From Candidatus Omnitrophota bacterium (lineage in GTDB: Bacteria; Omnitrophota; Omnitrophia; Omnitrophales; Aquincolibacteriaceae), in assembly GCA_030698625.1 (NCBI GenBank), contig JAUYMS010000024.1, positions 482-64,481 on the forward strand: a stretch of 64,000 nt of DNA, in the 5' to 3' direction. Below, piece after piece: positions 38,072 through 46,889 of this stretch (its first letter is position 1; each line of letters opens with the position of its first letter). Below the pieces are notes generated by a model. It was given only the letters and a program-made list of their open reading frames with translations, made no database searches and had not been told where the DNA came from. The translations under genes were made by a program, and so were the position numbers.

Positions 38072-39262
38072 TCAGAGAACTTGGCAAAGCAGGCCTTTAA
38101 GATAGGAGCCTTCCGGATGGCTTAAATCAGTAGGGTGATCCATGGGGTTAGCTGTATGCAACAGTATGCGGACCGACCGGGCGGCGTCCTTAGCTGCTCC
38201 GAAAACAATTTTCTGAAAAAGATCCGCGGAGATGAAGGACGAGCAGGAACACGTGAGGAGCATGCCTCCGGGCGCAAGGCGCTTCAGGGCAAAAAGATTG
38301 ATATCTTTGTAACCACGACTGGCGCCGTTAACGCCCGCCTTGCTCTTGCAAAAACCCGGGGGGTCGAGGACGATCACATCGAACTCCCCCTCCGCCTGGC
38401 GAAGGTACTCAAAGACATCCGCCCTAACCACCTTATGCCGGTCGCCCGCGCCCATCTCCACCCCATGGCGTTCGGCCTGCTTACACGCGAGCTCTTGGGA
38501 TTCGACACTGACAACATCTTTAGCGCCTCCGCGGAGGGCATAAACCGAGAACCCCCCCGTATACGCAAAACAATTAAGAACCCGTTTTCCCGCCGAAAGA
38601 TTTCCCACCAGACGTCGATTATCACGCTGATCCAGGAAAAACCCGGTTTTTTGCCCACGCTTTACATCCACAAAAAAGCGGTTTCCGTTCTCCGTGATCT
38701 CAATAAACTCAGGGGGCTCTTCGCCCCAAAGCACTCCGATCTGTTTGTCTAAGCCCTCGAGACTGCGAACTTCCGGATCATCTTTCTCAAAAATACCTTT
38801 TACCGGCATGAGCTCGTGAAGAATCTCCGCGATGGTTTCCTTCCACTTCTCCATTCCGGCCGTTAGGAATTGCGCCACTAGATAATCGGCATAGCGATCC
38901 ACGATGAGCCCGGGGATAAAATCGCCTTCTGATTGAATAAGACGATAGGCATTCGTTTCTGCCATGGGAATCTCGGAACGCAACTCAAGCGCCGCCTTAA
39001 TCCTACCTTTGAAAAATTCCGCATCGACTGCGGTATCTTCAAAACTAAGGATGCGCACGGCAATCTGAGAATCGGGGTTCAAATAGCCGATGCCCAGGAA
39101 CTCACCGCCGGCACCTTCCACGCGCACCAGATCTCCTTTAGCATAACCTTCTTCTATTCTATCAATGGCCCCCGAGTACACCCAAGGATGGCGCCCCAGC
39201 AGAGGTTTCTCTCTACCCTTTTTGAGAACACAACGGAGTCTATTTGCGGTAGGTAAGTTCAA
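38072..39262 (-). CDS. rlmI: 23S rRNA (cytosine1962-C5)-methyltransferase RlmI-like class I SAM-dependent methyltransferase (PUA + MTase).
   Basis: 396 aa. N-terminus HPWVYSGAI is typical of RlmI, SAM motif VLNCFAYTGGFSVYAL, catalytic PPGFCKSK. Confidence 0.75.
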   Translation of the reverse strand: MNLPTANRLRCVLKKGREKPLLGRHPWVYSGAIDRIEEGYAKGDLVRVEGAGGEFLGIGYLNPDSQIAVRILSFEDTAVDAEFFKGRIKAALELRSEIPMAETNAYRLIQSEGDFIPGLIVDRYADYLVAQFLTAGMEKWKETIAEILHELMPVKGIFEKDDPEVRSLEGLDKQIGVLWGEEPPEFIEITENGNRFFVDVKRGQKTGFFLDQRDNRRLVGNLSAGKRVLNCFAYTGGFSVYALRGGAKDVVSVESQELACKQAERHGVEMGAGDRHKVVRADVFEYLRQAEGEFDVIVLDPPGFCKSKAGVNGASRGYKDINLFALKRLAPGGMLLTCSCSSFISADLFQKIVFGAAKDAARSVRILLHTANPMDHPTDLSHPEGSYLKGLLCQVL

Positions 39263-39265
39263 GGC

Positions 39266-40102
39266 TCAGGCTCCAGCCAAAAAACTGTAGCCGATAGAAA
39301 AAAAACCGATGGCCAAACAGTAGTAACCAAAAATGTGAAATTTGCCTCGCTCGATCAACTTCAGCAGAAAAGAAATACTCACGTAACCCGACAAAAGCGC
39401 AGCCACAAAACCGGCCAGCAAGGCCGCAGGGTAATTCGAGAAAAAATCCGCGGCGTCTTTTAATTTTAAAAGCCCGGCACCCAGGATTGCCGGTATGCCC
39501 ATCAGAAAGGAGAAGCGCGCGGCCGCTGCCGGGTCAAGGCCGCTCATCATACCGACGAGAATCGTCAACCCCGAGCGCGATACACCGGGAACGATCGCAA
39601 TACCTTGTGCGATGCCAAGCGTGAGCGCATCCTGATGATTCATCTCCGCGAGCGCCCGATTTCCCTTCGCGTAGCGCGCGGAGAACGCGAAGAGCGAGCC
39701 TGTTACGATCCATGCGATCCCGACAACGATCATCCGATGGAAAAAACTTTCCATGGAATCAGCGAATGCCAAACCGATACAAGCCGTCGGTACGGACGCA
39801 AGCAGGACAAGGGCCGTCGTCAGCGCATACGGATAATCCCCGAATACGTCTCCCTGTTTCTTCCCGGACACCGTAGCGCCGATTGCGGCAAAACTTTGCA
39901 CAACCATCTGAACCAAATCCTTCCAAAAGTAGATAAACACTGCGAAAAGGGTACCCCAATGCATCACGATATCAAAAGCAAGCATCGGCTCTTCGAGTCC
40001 GAGGATTGTCTGAAAAAAAACGAGATGCCCCGAACTGGAGACAGGCAAAAACTCAGTGAGTCCCTGAACGATCCCAAGGATAATAGCTTCTAGTACGCTC
40101 AT
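39266..40102 (-). CDS. uppP: Undecaprenyl-diphosphatase (BacA/UppP).
   Basis: N-terminus ILGIVQGLTEFLPVSSSGHL, 8 TM segments, second motif PGVSRSG. Confidence 0.9.
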   Translation of the reverse strand: MSVLEAIILGIVQGLTEFLPVSSSGHLVFFQTILGLEEPMLAFDIVMHWGTLFAVFIYFWKDLVQMVVQSFAAIGATVSGKKQGDVFGDYPYALTTALVLLASVPTACIGLAFADSMESFFHRMIVVGIAWIVTGSLFAFSARYAKGNRALAEMNHQDALTLGIAQGIAIVPGVSRSGLTILVGMMSGLDPAAAARFSFLMGIPAILGAGLLKLKDAADFFSNYPAALLAGFVAALLSGYVSISFLLKLIERGKFHIFGYYCLAIGFFSIGYSFLAGA

Positions 40103-40107
40103 GGCCT

Positions 40108-41169
40108 TTACAGATATCTTTTCTTATGGTTCTTCTTGAGATGCTCGGTAACCGAACGAATATTCTCCGTCTTTTCTTTAGAGCAGATGAGGAGCGCATC
40201 AGGCGTATCTACGATGACATGGTTTTTCACGCCGACCAGCGCCACGAGCTTACCGCAGGCCTTCACAATGTTGCCCGAACTCTCGATGCAGACCGAATCA
40301 GCGAGAAGGACATTGCCGTTTCTGTCTTCGGGGTATAAATCGGCAAGGGCCTGCCAGCCGCCGATATCATTCCATCCCATCGAGACAGGAATGGTGAGAA
40401 TCTTGCCCTTAAGTTTTTCCATGAGTCCGTAATCAATCGAGATATTGGGCATTTTGGCATACAGCTTCCCCAGTTGCCTCATCCCGCCGCGCGCCATAAG
40501 CCGATTTAATACGCGGGACACAGCCGGGAGGTAGCGCTCTGTCGCGGACAGGAGATTTTCAGCACGCCAAACAAACATTCCGCTGTTCCAGAAAAAACGT
40601 CGTTTCCTTAAGAATTGCTTCGCTCGCGCGCGAGTCGGCTTTTCGTGAAAGCGCTTGAGGCAGTACACGGTAAAACCTCCCTGGCGCGTTACCTTCGCCC
40701 CCTTTTCCAGATACCCGTACCCCGTAAAAGCATAGGTCGGCTGAATACCAAATGTTACCGGAAATCCCTCAGTCTCCGCGACACGCGCAGCCGATTTGAG
40801 CGCTCGTCGAAAAACGTTTCCGTTATCAATGCGGTGATCGGCGGGCATCAGGGCAATGACGGCATTGGCATCGTTCTTGAGCGCAATCGCCGCACCCCAT
40901 GCAGCACACGGTGCCGTATTGCGGCCCACGGGCTCACCCAGAATCTGAGAGCGGCGGATACCGGTCGACCTAGCCACCAGCGACACTTTGTCAGCCTGGG
41001 TCACGACGATCATACGCGACTTCGGAATGATGGCCGTCAGCCGGTCGACGGTCTCTTCGATAAGAGTTTTTTTGCCAAAAAGGTTGAGAAATTGTTTAGG
41101 GAGTTTGTGACGGCTTTCAGGCCAAAAGCGCGTGCCGCGTCCGCCGGCCATAATGACAGCCCACAACAT
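40108..41169 (-). CDS. manC: Mannose-1-phosphate guanylyltransferase.
   Basis: N-terminus AVIMAGGRGTRFWPESRHKLPKQF, nucleotidyltransferase fold. Confidence 0.85.
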   Translation of the reverse strand: MLWAVIMAGGRGTRFWPESRHKLPKQFLNLFGKKTLIEETVDRLTAIIPKSRMIVVTQADKVSLVARSTGIRRSQILGEPVGRNTAPCAAWGAAIALKNDANAVIALMPADHRIDNGNVFRRALKSAARVAETEGFPVTFGIQPTYAFTGYGYLEKGAKVTRQGGFTVYCLKRFHEKPTRARAKQFLRKRRFFWNSGMFVWRAENLLSATERYLPAVSRVLNRLMARGGMRQLGKLYAKMPNISIDYGLMEKLKGKILTIPVSMGWNDIGGWQALADLYPEDRNGNVLLADSVCIESSGNIVKACGKLVALVGVKNHVIVDTPDALLICSKEKTENIRSVTEHLKKNHKKRYL

Positions 41170-42530
41170 TAGGACACACCGCTTAGTGCTTTAACTTTAT
41201 CTTCGACGATCGCGCGAATTTCGTTTAAGCGCTGCTCATCTTGCGCCTCGAAACGCATTACTAACACAGGCTGCGTGTTCGATGCTCGAAGCAAACCCCA
41301 TCCCCCGTCAAAGAGAATCCGTGCGCCATCAATGTCAATGACCTCGTATCCTTTCTTAAAATCCGCCACGGCTTGCTTAACGAGGTCGAACTTTTGCTCA
41401 TCGGGACAATCCACGCGAATCTCCGGTGTCGAGACCGTTTTCGGCAGATCGATCAAGAGCTCCGAGAGCGGGCGGGTTTCATCGTCGATAATTTCCAGCA
41501 TGCGGCAGGCCGCAAAAATAGCATCATCAAAACCAAACCACCCGTCCGCAAAAAACATATGTCCGCTCATCTCACCGGCCAAATCCGCTTTGACCTCCTT
41601 CATCTTAGCTTTGATGAGCGAATGCCCCGTCTTCCACATGATGGCATTCCCGCCGCGACGATTGATGTCATCATAAATCATTTGGGAGCACTTCACATCG
41701 CCGATAATGGTCGCCTTCGGTTTACGTTTCAATATAGCACGTGCATACAACAACAAGATCTTGTCGCCGTAAATCACTTGTCCCTTTTCGTCAACCACAC
41801 CGATGCGGTCGGCGTCACCGTCGAACCCCACGCCGAGGTCCGCCGACGTCTCGAGTACCTTCTCCTGCAAGTCTCGCAGATTGTCCGGCACGGACGGGTC
41901 TGGATGGTGATCCGGGAAACTCGGATCCAGATTTGAATAGAGCTCAATCACTTCGTGCCCGAGGAGACGAATCATTTCAGGTGCGACAATACCACCCATT
42001 CCGTGGCCTGAATCGACGACAACCTTCAGTTTCTTCTTGAAGTTAAACAGCTTCCGGACAGTCTCCAGATAGGCCGGGATAATATCGCTTTGCTCAACCT
42101 TACCACGCGACCCGTCGGCATAATCTTGCCCTTCAATGCGGCGCTTCAAGCCCTGAATTTCGGTTCCAAAAAACGGTCTGTCCGCCGGATGGAATTTGAA
42201 ACCGTTATATTCGCCCGGATTATGGGAGCCCGTAATCGAAATCCCCGCATCCAGCTTTAAATGACTCACCGAGAAGTAGAGAAGCGGGGTCGGTATGAGG
42301 CCGAGATCTAAAACATCAAGGCCACATGAGGTTAATCCTTCGAGCAACGCCTTGTGAATACGGTCAGAACTCAGGCGCATATCGCGCCCTACCGAAATTC
42401 GTTTCTTACCTTCGGAGATCAGGACCGTGGCAAAGGCCTTTCCGATAGCGAGACTAACTTCATCGGTCAGCTCGCTGTCGGCCAAACCCCGGATGTCGTA
42501 TTCACGGAAAATACTGGCGGGGAGTTTCAT
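41169..42530 (-). CDS. manB: Phosphomannomutase/phosphoglucomutase.
   Basis: FREYDIRG N-terminus, active-site GITGSHNP, metal-binding DGDADR. Confidence 0.9.
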   Translation of the reverse strand: MKLPASIFREYDIRGLADSELTDEVSLAIGKAFATVLISEGKKRISVGRDMRLSSDRIHKALLEGLTSCGLDVLDLGLIPTPLLYFSVSHLKLDAGISITGSHNPGEYNGFKFHPADRPFFGTEIQGLKRRIEGQDYADGSRGKVEQSDIIPAYLETVRKLFNFKKKLKVVVDSGHGMGGIVAPEMIRLLGHEVIELYSNLDPSFPDHHPDPSVPDNLRDLQEKVLETSADLGVGFDGDADRIGVVDEKGQVIYGDKILLLYARAILKRKPKATIIGDVKCSQMIYDDINRRGGNAIMWKTGHSLIKAKMKEVKADLAGEMSGHMFFADGWFGFDDAIFAACRMLEIIDDETRPLSELLIDLPKTVSTPEIRVDCPDEQKFDLVKQAVADFKKGYEVIDIDGARILFDGGWGLLRASNTQPVLVMRFEAQDEQRLNEIRAIVEDKVKALSGVS

Positions 42531-42566
42531 CTAGAATGGGAATATTGTGATAATAAGAATGAGTTC

Positions 42567-42648
42567 TGCGAGCGAGAGGATTTGAACCTCCATGGCTTGC
42601 GCCGCCAGCCCCTCAAGCTGGTGTGTCTGCCAATTCCACCACGCTCGC
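42567..42648 (-). tRNA. tRNA-Leu (anticodon GAG), type II with a long variable arm; CCA not encoded.
   Basis: Manual fold: acceptor GCGAGCG/CGCTCGC, anticodon stem CCAGC/GCTGG with loop UUGAGGG, T-arm GAGG-UUCAAAU-CCUC, 14-nt variable arm. Confidence 0.85.
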
Positions 42649-42666
42649 GTATGAGTTTCACGAACC

Positions 42667-43014
42667 TTAAGATCCCCGCTTCGCCGAACGCTCTTTGCGT
42701 TCCGCCTCGAGGGTTGCTTCGACCTGTGCCAATTCGGCGTCCAGCTTCTTTGTCCGTTCCACGAGGTCATTGACCTCTGGGTCCTCTAAAAACTGCGCGT
42801 TGCCCTCGCGCGTGCTCTTTTCGTAAATGCGGTTACCTAGCTGAGCGAATCGCTTAGCAACACGATGTTCCAATGTCGCCTTTTCAATCAGGAGTCCCGT
42901 CACGTGGGCAGCTTCGCCCGCTTTTTCCGAAACTACCTTGACCGAGTGCTTCGCGGCCTCAAAGGCCTGATTCAGGATTTTCTCCGTATTTTCGTACAAT
43001 CTCTTCTTATCCAT
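42667..43014 (-). CDS. Small hypothetical coiled-coil protein (115 aa) between the two tRNA genes.
   Basis: A clean ORF with ATG start and charged heptad-like sequence. I could not recognise a family. Confidence 0.5.
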   Translation of the reverse strand: MDKKRLYENTEKILNQAFEAAKHSVKVVSEKAGEAAHVTGLLIEKATLEHRVAKRFAQLGNRIYEKSTREGNAQFLEDPEVNDLVERTKKLDAELAQVEATLEAERKERSAKRGS

Positions 43015-43053
43015 ATTTGCTGACTCCCGTCAGAAAATTCATATTCATGATTT

Positions 43054-43124
43054 CTGGGGGACCTGGATTCGAACCAAGACAAAGTGAACCAGAATCACTT
43101 GTGCTACCGTTACACTATCCCCCA
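43054..43124 (-). tRNA. tRNA-Gln (anticodon CUG); CCA not encoded.
   Basis: Manual fold: 5' UGGGGGA pairs with 3' UCCCCCA with G73 discriminator; anticodon stem AGUGA/UCACU with loop UUCUGGU; T-loop UUCGAAU. Confidence 0.85.
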
Positions 43125-43194
43125 ACGACTGGATCACAGCTCCAGAATCGAAGGGTGTATTATAGTAGCTCTCTTGAAGGCGTGCAAGGCTGAC

Positions 43195-43806
43195 CTAACG
43201 GGTTTCTTTGATCTTGCTAGCCTCTAAACCTAGAAGGGTTCTTACCTTATGCATGAGGGTTTCGCTGTGGAAATTCTTGACGAGGTAGTCAGAAACGCCG
43301 GCAGCTGTAACCGCATCCCGGCCTTCAGGAGTCGAAAGCGAGGTTAGCGCCAGGACCGGGATATCTTCGGTCTTGGAATTCAGGCGAATCTGCTTACACA
43401 TTTCAAAACCGCTGATGCCGGGCATCAGCATGTCGAGCACGATGAGGTCGGGATGCCAGCTAGGAATGCATAGGCCGCCGTGCCGCCCATCATGAGTCGT
43501 CCGGATCTCAAAGCGCGGATCTTCCCTCAGCAAACTGCCGAGAATATCCAGCATGTCCTCTTCGTCATCGATAATGAGAACGCGGTATTTCTCCTGCGCG
43601 CTTCGCCAATGGCCCGGATGACCGATCCCCTGCCGATCCATGAATCTGATGACGTCCTCATGATAGATCCTATAATGCCCTCCGGTTATCTGAAAGGCAC
43701 TGAGACTGCCATCAAGTATCCAACTGTGGATGACGGACTGCTCCTCGCCAAAAATAAGGCACAAATCGTAAGACGAATATACTTCTTTTCTGCCGATATC
43801 TGGCAA
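43195..43806 (-). CDS. Hybrid regulator: N-terminal excisionase/MerR-type helix-turn-helix domain fused to a C-terminal CheY-like receiver domain.
   Basis: N-terminus YDLCLIFGEEQSVIHSWILDGSLSAFQITGGHYRIYHEDVIRFM; receiver VLIIDDEEDMLDIL...DLIVLDMLMPGISGFE...; apparent TTG start. Confidence 0.7.
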   Translation of the reverse strand: MPDIGRKEVYSSYDLCLIFGEEQSVIHSWILDGSLSAFQITGGHYRIYHEDVIRFMDRQGIGHPGHWRSAQEKYRVLIIDDEEDMLDILGSLLREDPRFEIRTTHDGRHGGLCIPSWHPDLIVLDMLMPGISGFEMCKQIRLNSKTEDIPVLALTSLSTPEGRDAVTAAGVSDYLVKNFHSETLMHKVRTLLGLEASKIKETR

Positions 43807-43927
43807 CGGTCAATCCTCCCGAAACGGTCAATCCCTACATAAATAGAGAATAACTGCGATTTTATGGGGAAGCAAAGTCATGAGGAATCTTTTCAGTCCA
43901 AAAGACTTAATATTTGCCTGTGGAAAG

Positions 43928-43949
43928 GGGTTTTATCAGCTTAAAACCC
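43928..43949 (-). terminator. Candidate intrinsic terminator downstream of the HIT gene: GGGUUUUA-ucagcu-UAAAACCC (8-bp stem), followed by a short CUUUCC tract on the transcript.
   Basis: A perfect inverted repeat read from the sequence, 20 nt after the HIT stop. The U-tract is weak. Confidence 0.4.
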
Positions 43950-43968
43950 TTCTAATAAACGAGTTAGG

Positions 43969-44310
43969 TTAACCGGGAGGCCAACCCATGGGACGCCCTG
44001 TCAAGAGGTGCATATGAATGTGAAACACGGTTTGGCCCGCTGCCGCGCCATTATTGAAGACGAGCCGAAAGTCCTCCCACCCGTTCTTCTGCGCAAGGTC
44101 CTTGGCACGAATAAGAAGGGTCCCCATAAGCCCGGCATCCCCGTCCTGAAGCGCATCAATGCGGTCGATATGGCGCTTGGGTATGAGTAGGATGTGAACA
44201 GCCGCCTGCGGATTAATGTCATGAATAACAATTAGGTCGTCATCTTCATACTCAACCTTAGCCGGAATTTCTTTGTTGCTGATCTTGCAGAAAAGACAGT
44301 CTGACATCAT
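43969..44310 (-). CDS. HIT-family (histidine triad) nucleotide hydrolase.
   Basis: 113 aa with the HIHMHLL histidine triad. Confidence 0.85.
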   Translation of the reverse strand: MMSDCLFCKISNKEIPAKVEYEDDDLIVIHDINPQAAVHILLIPKRHIDRIDALQDGDAGLMGTLLIRAKDLAQKNGWEDFRLVFNNGAAAGQTVFHIHMHLLTGRPMGWPPG

Positions 44311-44321
44311 CGCCTCCGTAT

Positions 44322-45632
44322 TTAGGAACAGGTTCGTTTCTCAAAAACGGCCAGCATGTTCCGAACCCGCTGCAGGCACACATCTTTACCGAGAACGCTC
44401 ATTAATTCAAACAGGCCGGGGCTTGCCGTTGATGCCGTCAGAGCATACCGAAGGGGATGAATCAACAACTTAGCCGCGAGACCTTGTTCATCGGCGACAG
44501 ACCGTGTGCATAGTTCAATCTGGGCATGATCTTCAAAATCCTTCAAACCATTCGCCCGTTCAAGCCACTGAGCCAAATATCCGGGCATCCCCTTCTCGCT
44601 CAAAAATCCGGCGACCTGGCCCGAATCATACTCTTCAACGTCGGAAAAGATATAGCTCGCCTCTTGCCGCAAATCAGAAAATTTTCGGATCCTGGGCCGG
44701 TAGAGAAGCACCAGCCGCCGCCACACATCGTGACTAAACCGCTTGGCTTCGACCTCATAAAACGGCGTAAGAGCCTTTACATAGTCGTCGTCAGAGAGTT
44801 TCTTGATATGTTGGGCATTCAGCCAGGCCAGTTTCTCCCAGTTGAATTTTGCAGAAGACTTGTTGATGCGTTTTATAGAGAACTTTCGAATCGCATCCGA
44901 GAGTTGATAAAATTCCTGATTCCCCTCTTCCCCCCACCCCAGAAGCATCAGGTAATTGAGCAGGCCTTCGGGCAGAAAACCTTCGCGCTTAAAACTCGAT
45001 GCGGCTACCGCACCGTGCCGTTTTGAAAGCGGCGAACCGTCCTCGCCCAGAATCAGCGGCAGATGAGCATATTGGGGCGGTTTCCAACCAAGGGCTTCGC
45101 ACAAAAGAATCTGGCGGGGTGTATTCGAAAGGTGGTCATCGCCGCGGATGATATGTGAAATCTGCATGTCGTGGTCATCCACCACACAGGCCAGGTGATA
45201 GGTGGGATAACCATCCGACTTAAGAATAACGAGATCGTCGAACAGCGCCGCATCGAAAGAGGTTTTGCCGTGAACAAGGTCATCAAATACCGCCTGCTTC
45301 GGCGGGATTTTAAATTTAACTGCGGTTCCTGCTTCGCCCTTTTCTTCCGAAGCAAGCCCTTTGCTAACAAGTTCGCCGGCCACTTCCTGGTAGCGAGAAA
45401 TTCGCCGACTCTGATAAACGATCTCCTCATCCCAGCTCAATCCTGCCCACTGTATGGAATCCAGAATTTCTTTTTCAAACTCGGGCTTGGAGCGTTGCCG
45501 ATCGGTATCTTCAATCCGAAGGAGGAATTGCCCTTTTTGACTGCGCGCGTAGAGATAATTAAAAAGTGCGGTACGGAGCCCTCCGATATGGAGATAACCC
45601 GTAGGTGACGGCGCGAAGCGAACGCGGGACAT
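44322..45632 (-). CDS. gltX: Glutamate--tRNA ligase (class I), shorter than typical.
   Basis: HIGH-like PSPTGYLHIGG, KMSKS-like LSKRHG, GluRS catalytic core. Confidence 0.85.
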   Translation of the reverse strand: MSRVRFAPSPTGYLHIGGLRTALFNYLYARSQKGQFLLRIEDTDRQRSKPEFEKEILDSIQWAGLSWDEEIVYQSRRISRYQEVAGELVSKGLASEEKGEAGTAVKFKIPPKQAVFDDLVHGKTSFDAALFDDLVILKSDGYPTYHLACVVDDHDMQISHIIRGDDHLSNTPRQILLCEALGWKPPQYAHLPLILGEDGSPLSKRHGAVAASSFKREGFLPEGLLNYLMLLGWGEEGNQEFYQLSDAIRKFSIKRINKSSAKFNWEKLAWLNAQHIKKLSDDDYVKALTPFYEVEAKRFSHDVWRRLVLLYRPRIRKFSDLRQEASYIFSDVEEYDSGQVAGFLSEKGMPGYLAQWLERANGLKDFEDHAQIELCTRSVADEQGLAAKLLIHPLRYALTASTASPGLFELMSVLGKDVCLQRVRNMLAVFEKRTCS

Positions 45633-45637
45633 ACTTC

Positions 45638-46003
45638 TTATTTGGACTTTCCCGACGTAACCGTATTGATTAAGCCCTTCACCTGGTGGAGATCAATGGG
45701 CTTTCTCAAACAAGCAACGGCGCCGAGCAGTAGGACTTCCTTCTCCTTGTGACGAGGCATATATCCCGACATGAAAGCAATCGGGACTTCACTTTTCTTG
45801 CGGACTGCCTCAAAAACTTCACGGCCCTCCATCCGAGGCATAAGGACATCAAGGAAAATTAAATCATACGCCTTATTGTCGACCATCTTGAGGGCCTCAA
45901 TCCCGTCCAGGGCAATGTCCACCTCGTGGTCTTCCTCCCGCAAAACATCCTGAAAAGCCTCGCAAATCATTTTTTCATCGTCAACGATCAGAATCTTGGC
46001 CAT
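45638..46003 (-). CDS. Single-domain response regulator (CheY-like receiver).
   Basis: KILIVDDEKMI...DLIFLDVLMP...; 121 aa. Confidence 0.8.
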   Translation of the reverse strand: MAKILIVDDEKMICEAFQDVLREEDHEVDIALDGIEALKMVDNKAYDLIFLDVLMPRMEGREVFEAVRKKSEVPIAFMSGYMPRHKEKEVLLLGAVACLRKPIDLHQVKGLINTVTSGKSK

Positions 46004-46018
46004 ACCACACCCTCCGTG

Positions 46019-46876
46019 CTACTCCGGGAATTTGAAGTTCTCACGTAGTGTCGCAAGATAACTTCGCTTTGAACTTTTCACAAGTTGAAGCCGTGTCGCC
46101 GCGCGAGTGACTTCAACACTCAAACTATCGTCGATTTCGATCTTTTCTTGACCGTCGACCGTCAAGATTGCTTTTCCTGCGTCACGCGGCATAATCGTAC
46201 GCACACTCACCTGCTGCTCACTTGAGACAACCATAGACCGCAACGCCGAGGCGTGGGGACATATCGGGGTAATAATAAAAGCCTCGAGCCACGGATGCAA
46301 GATCGCTCCGCCCGCCGATAGAGAATAGGCGGTCGACCCTGTAGGGGTCGCAACGATCACGCCGTCGCCGGAAAACCGTGTCAGCTTCTCTCCGCCCACG
46401 TAAATCTCAAGCTGCAATAGACGCGTCAGGCCCTCGCGGCTTACGACAATGTCGTTAAGCGCAATATACTCTCTGGAGCTTTCCTGATTTTTTTCTTTTA
46501 CGGTACAGGATAGAAGGAGCCTCTCTTCTATCTGCGACTTTCCACTCAGTACATTTTCGAGCTCGTCGAAGCACTCGACCTCCTTAACCTCTGTCAAAAA
46601 ACCAAGACTACCCAGATTCACGCCGAGCACTGGAACGTTTTTATCCTTCATGCGGCCGGCAAGCGACAGCAAGGTCCCGTCACCACCCAAACAAATCACT
46701 AATGAAGTGCCTTTGAGAACGGCGTTGAGCTCATCCTGAGTGGTGTCGGATACCTCGATGTCGCGCGCCTGAAGCCAGTCGCGCAACTTCGGTAAAAACT
46801 TGGCAGCGCCGACTTTTCTCTGGTTGACGACAACTCCAATTTTTTTAATCTTGGGTATCATGGTCAGTAATGACAA
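46019..46876 (-). CDS. nadK: NAD(+) kinase.
   Basis: GGDGTLL motif and NADK fold. Confidence 0.85.
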   Translation of the reverse strand: MSLLTMIPKIKKIGVVVNQRKVGAAKFLPKLRDWLQARDIEVSDTTQDELNAVLKGTSLVICLGGDGTLLSLAGRMKDKNVPVLGVNLGSLGFLTEVKEVECFDELENVLSGKSQIEERLLLSCTVKEKNQESSREYIALNDIVVSREGLTRLLQLEIYVGGEKLTRFSGDGVIVATPTGSTAYSLSAGGAILHPWLEAFIITPICPHASALRSMVVSSEQQVSVRTIMPRDAGKAILTVDGQEKIEIDDSLSVEVTRAATRLQLVKSSKRSYLATLRENFKFPE

Positions 46877-46889
46877 GGAATATGCCGGC

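Noticed and set aside
42354-42773. Track ORFs 42354..42773(+) and 42531..42770(-)
   Set aside because: They overlap the well-folding tRNA-Leu(GAG) gene at 42567..42648 and the 3' end of manB; spurious.
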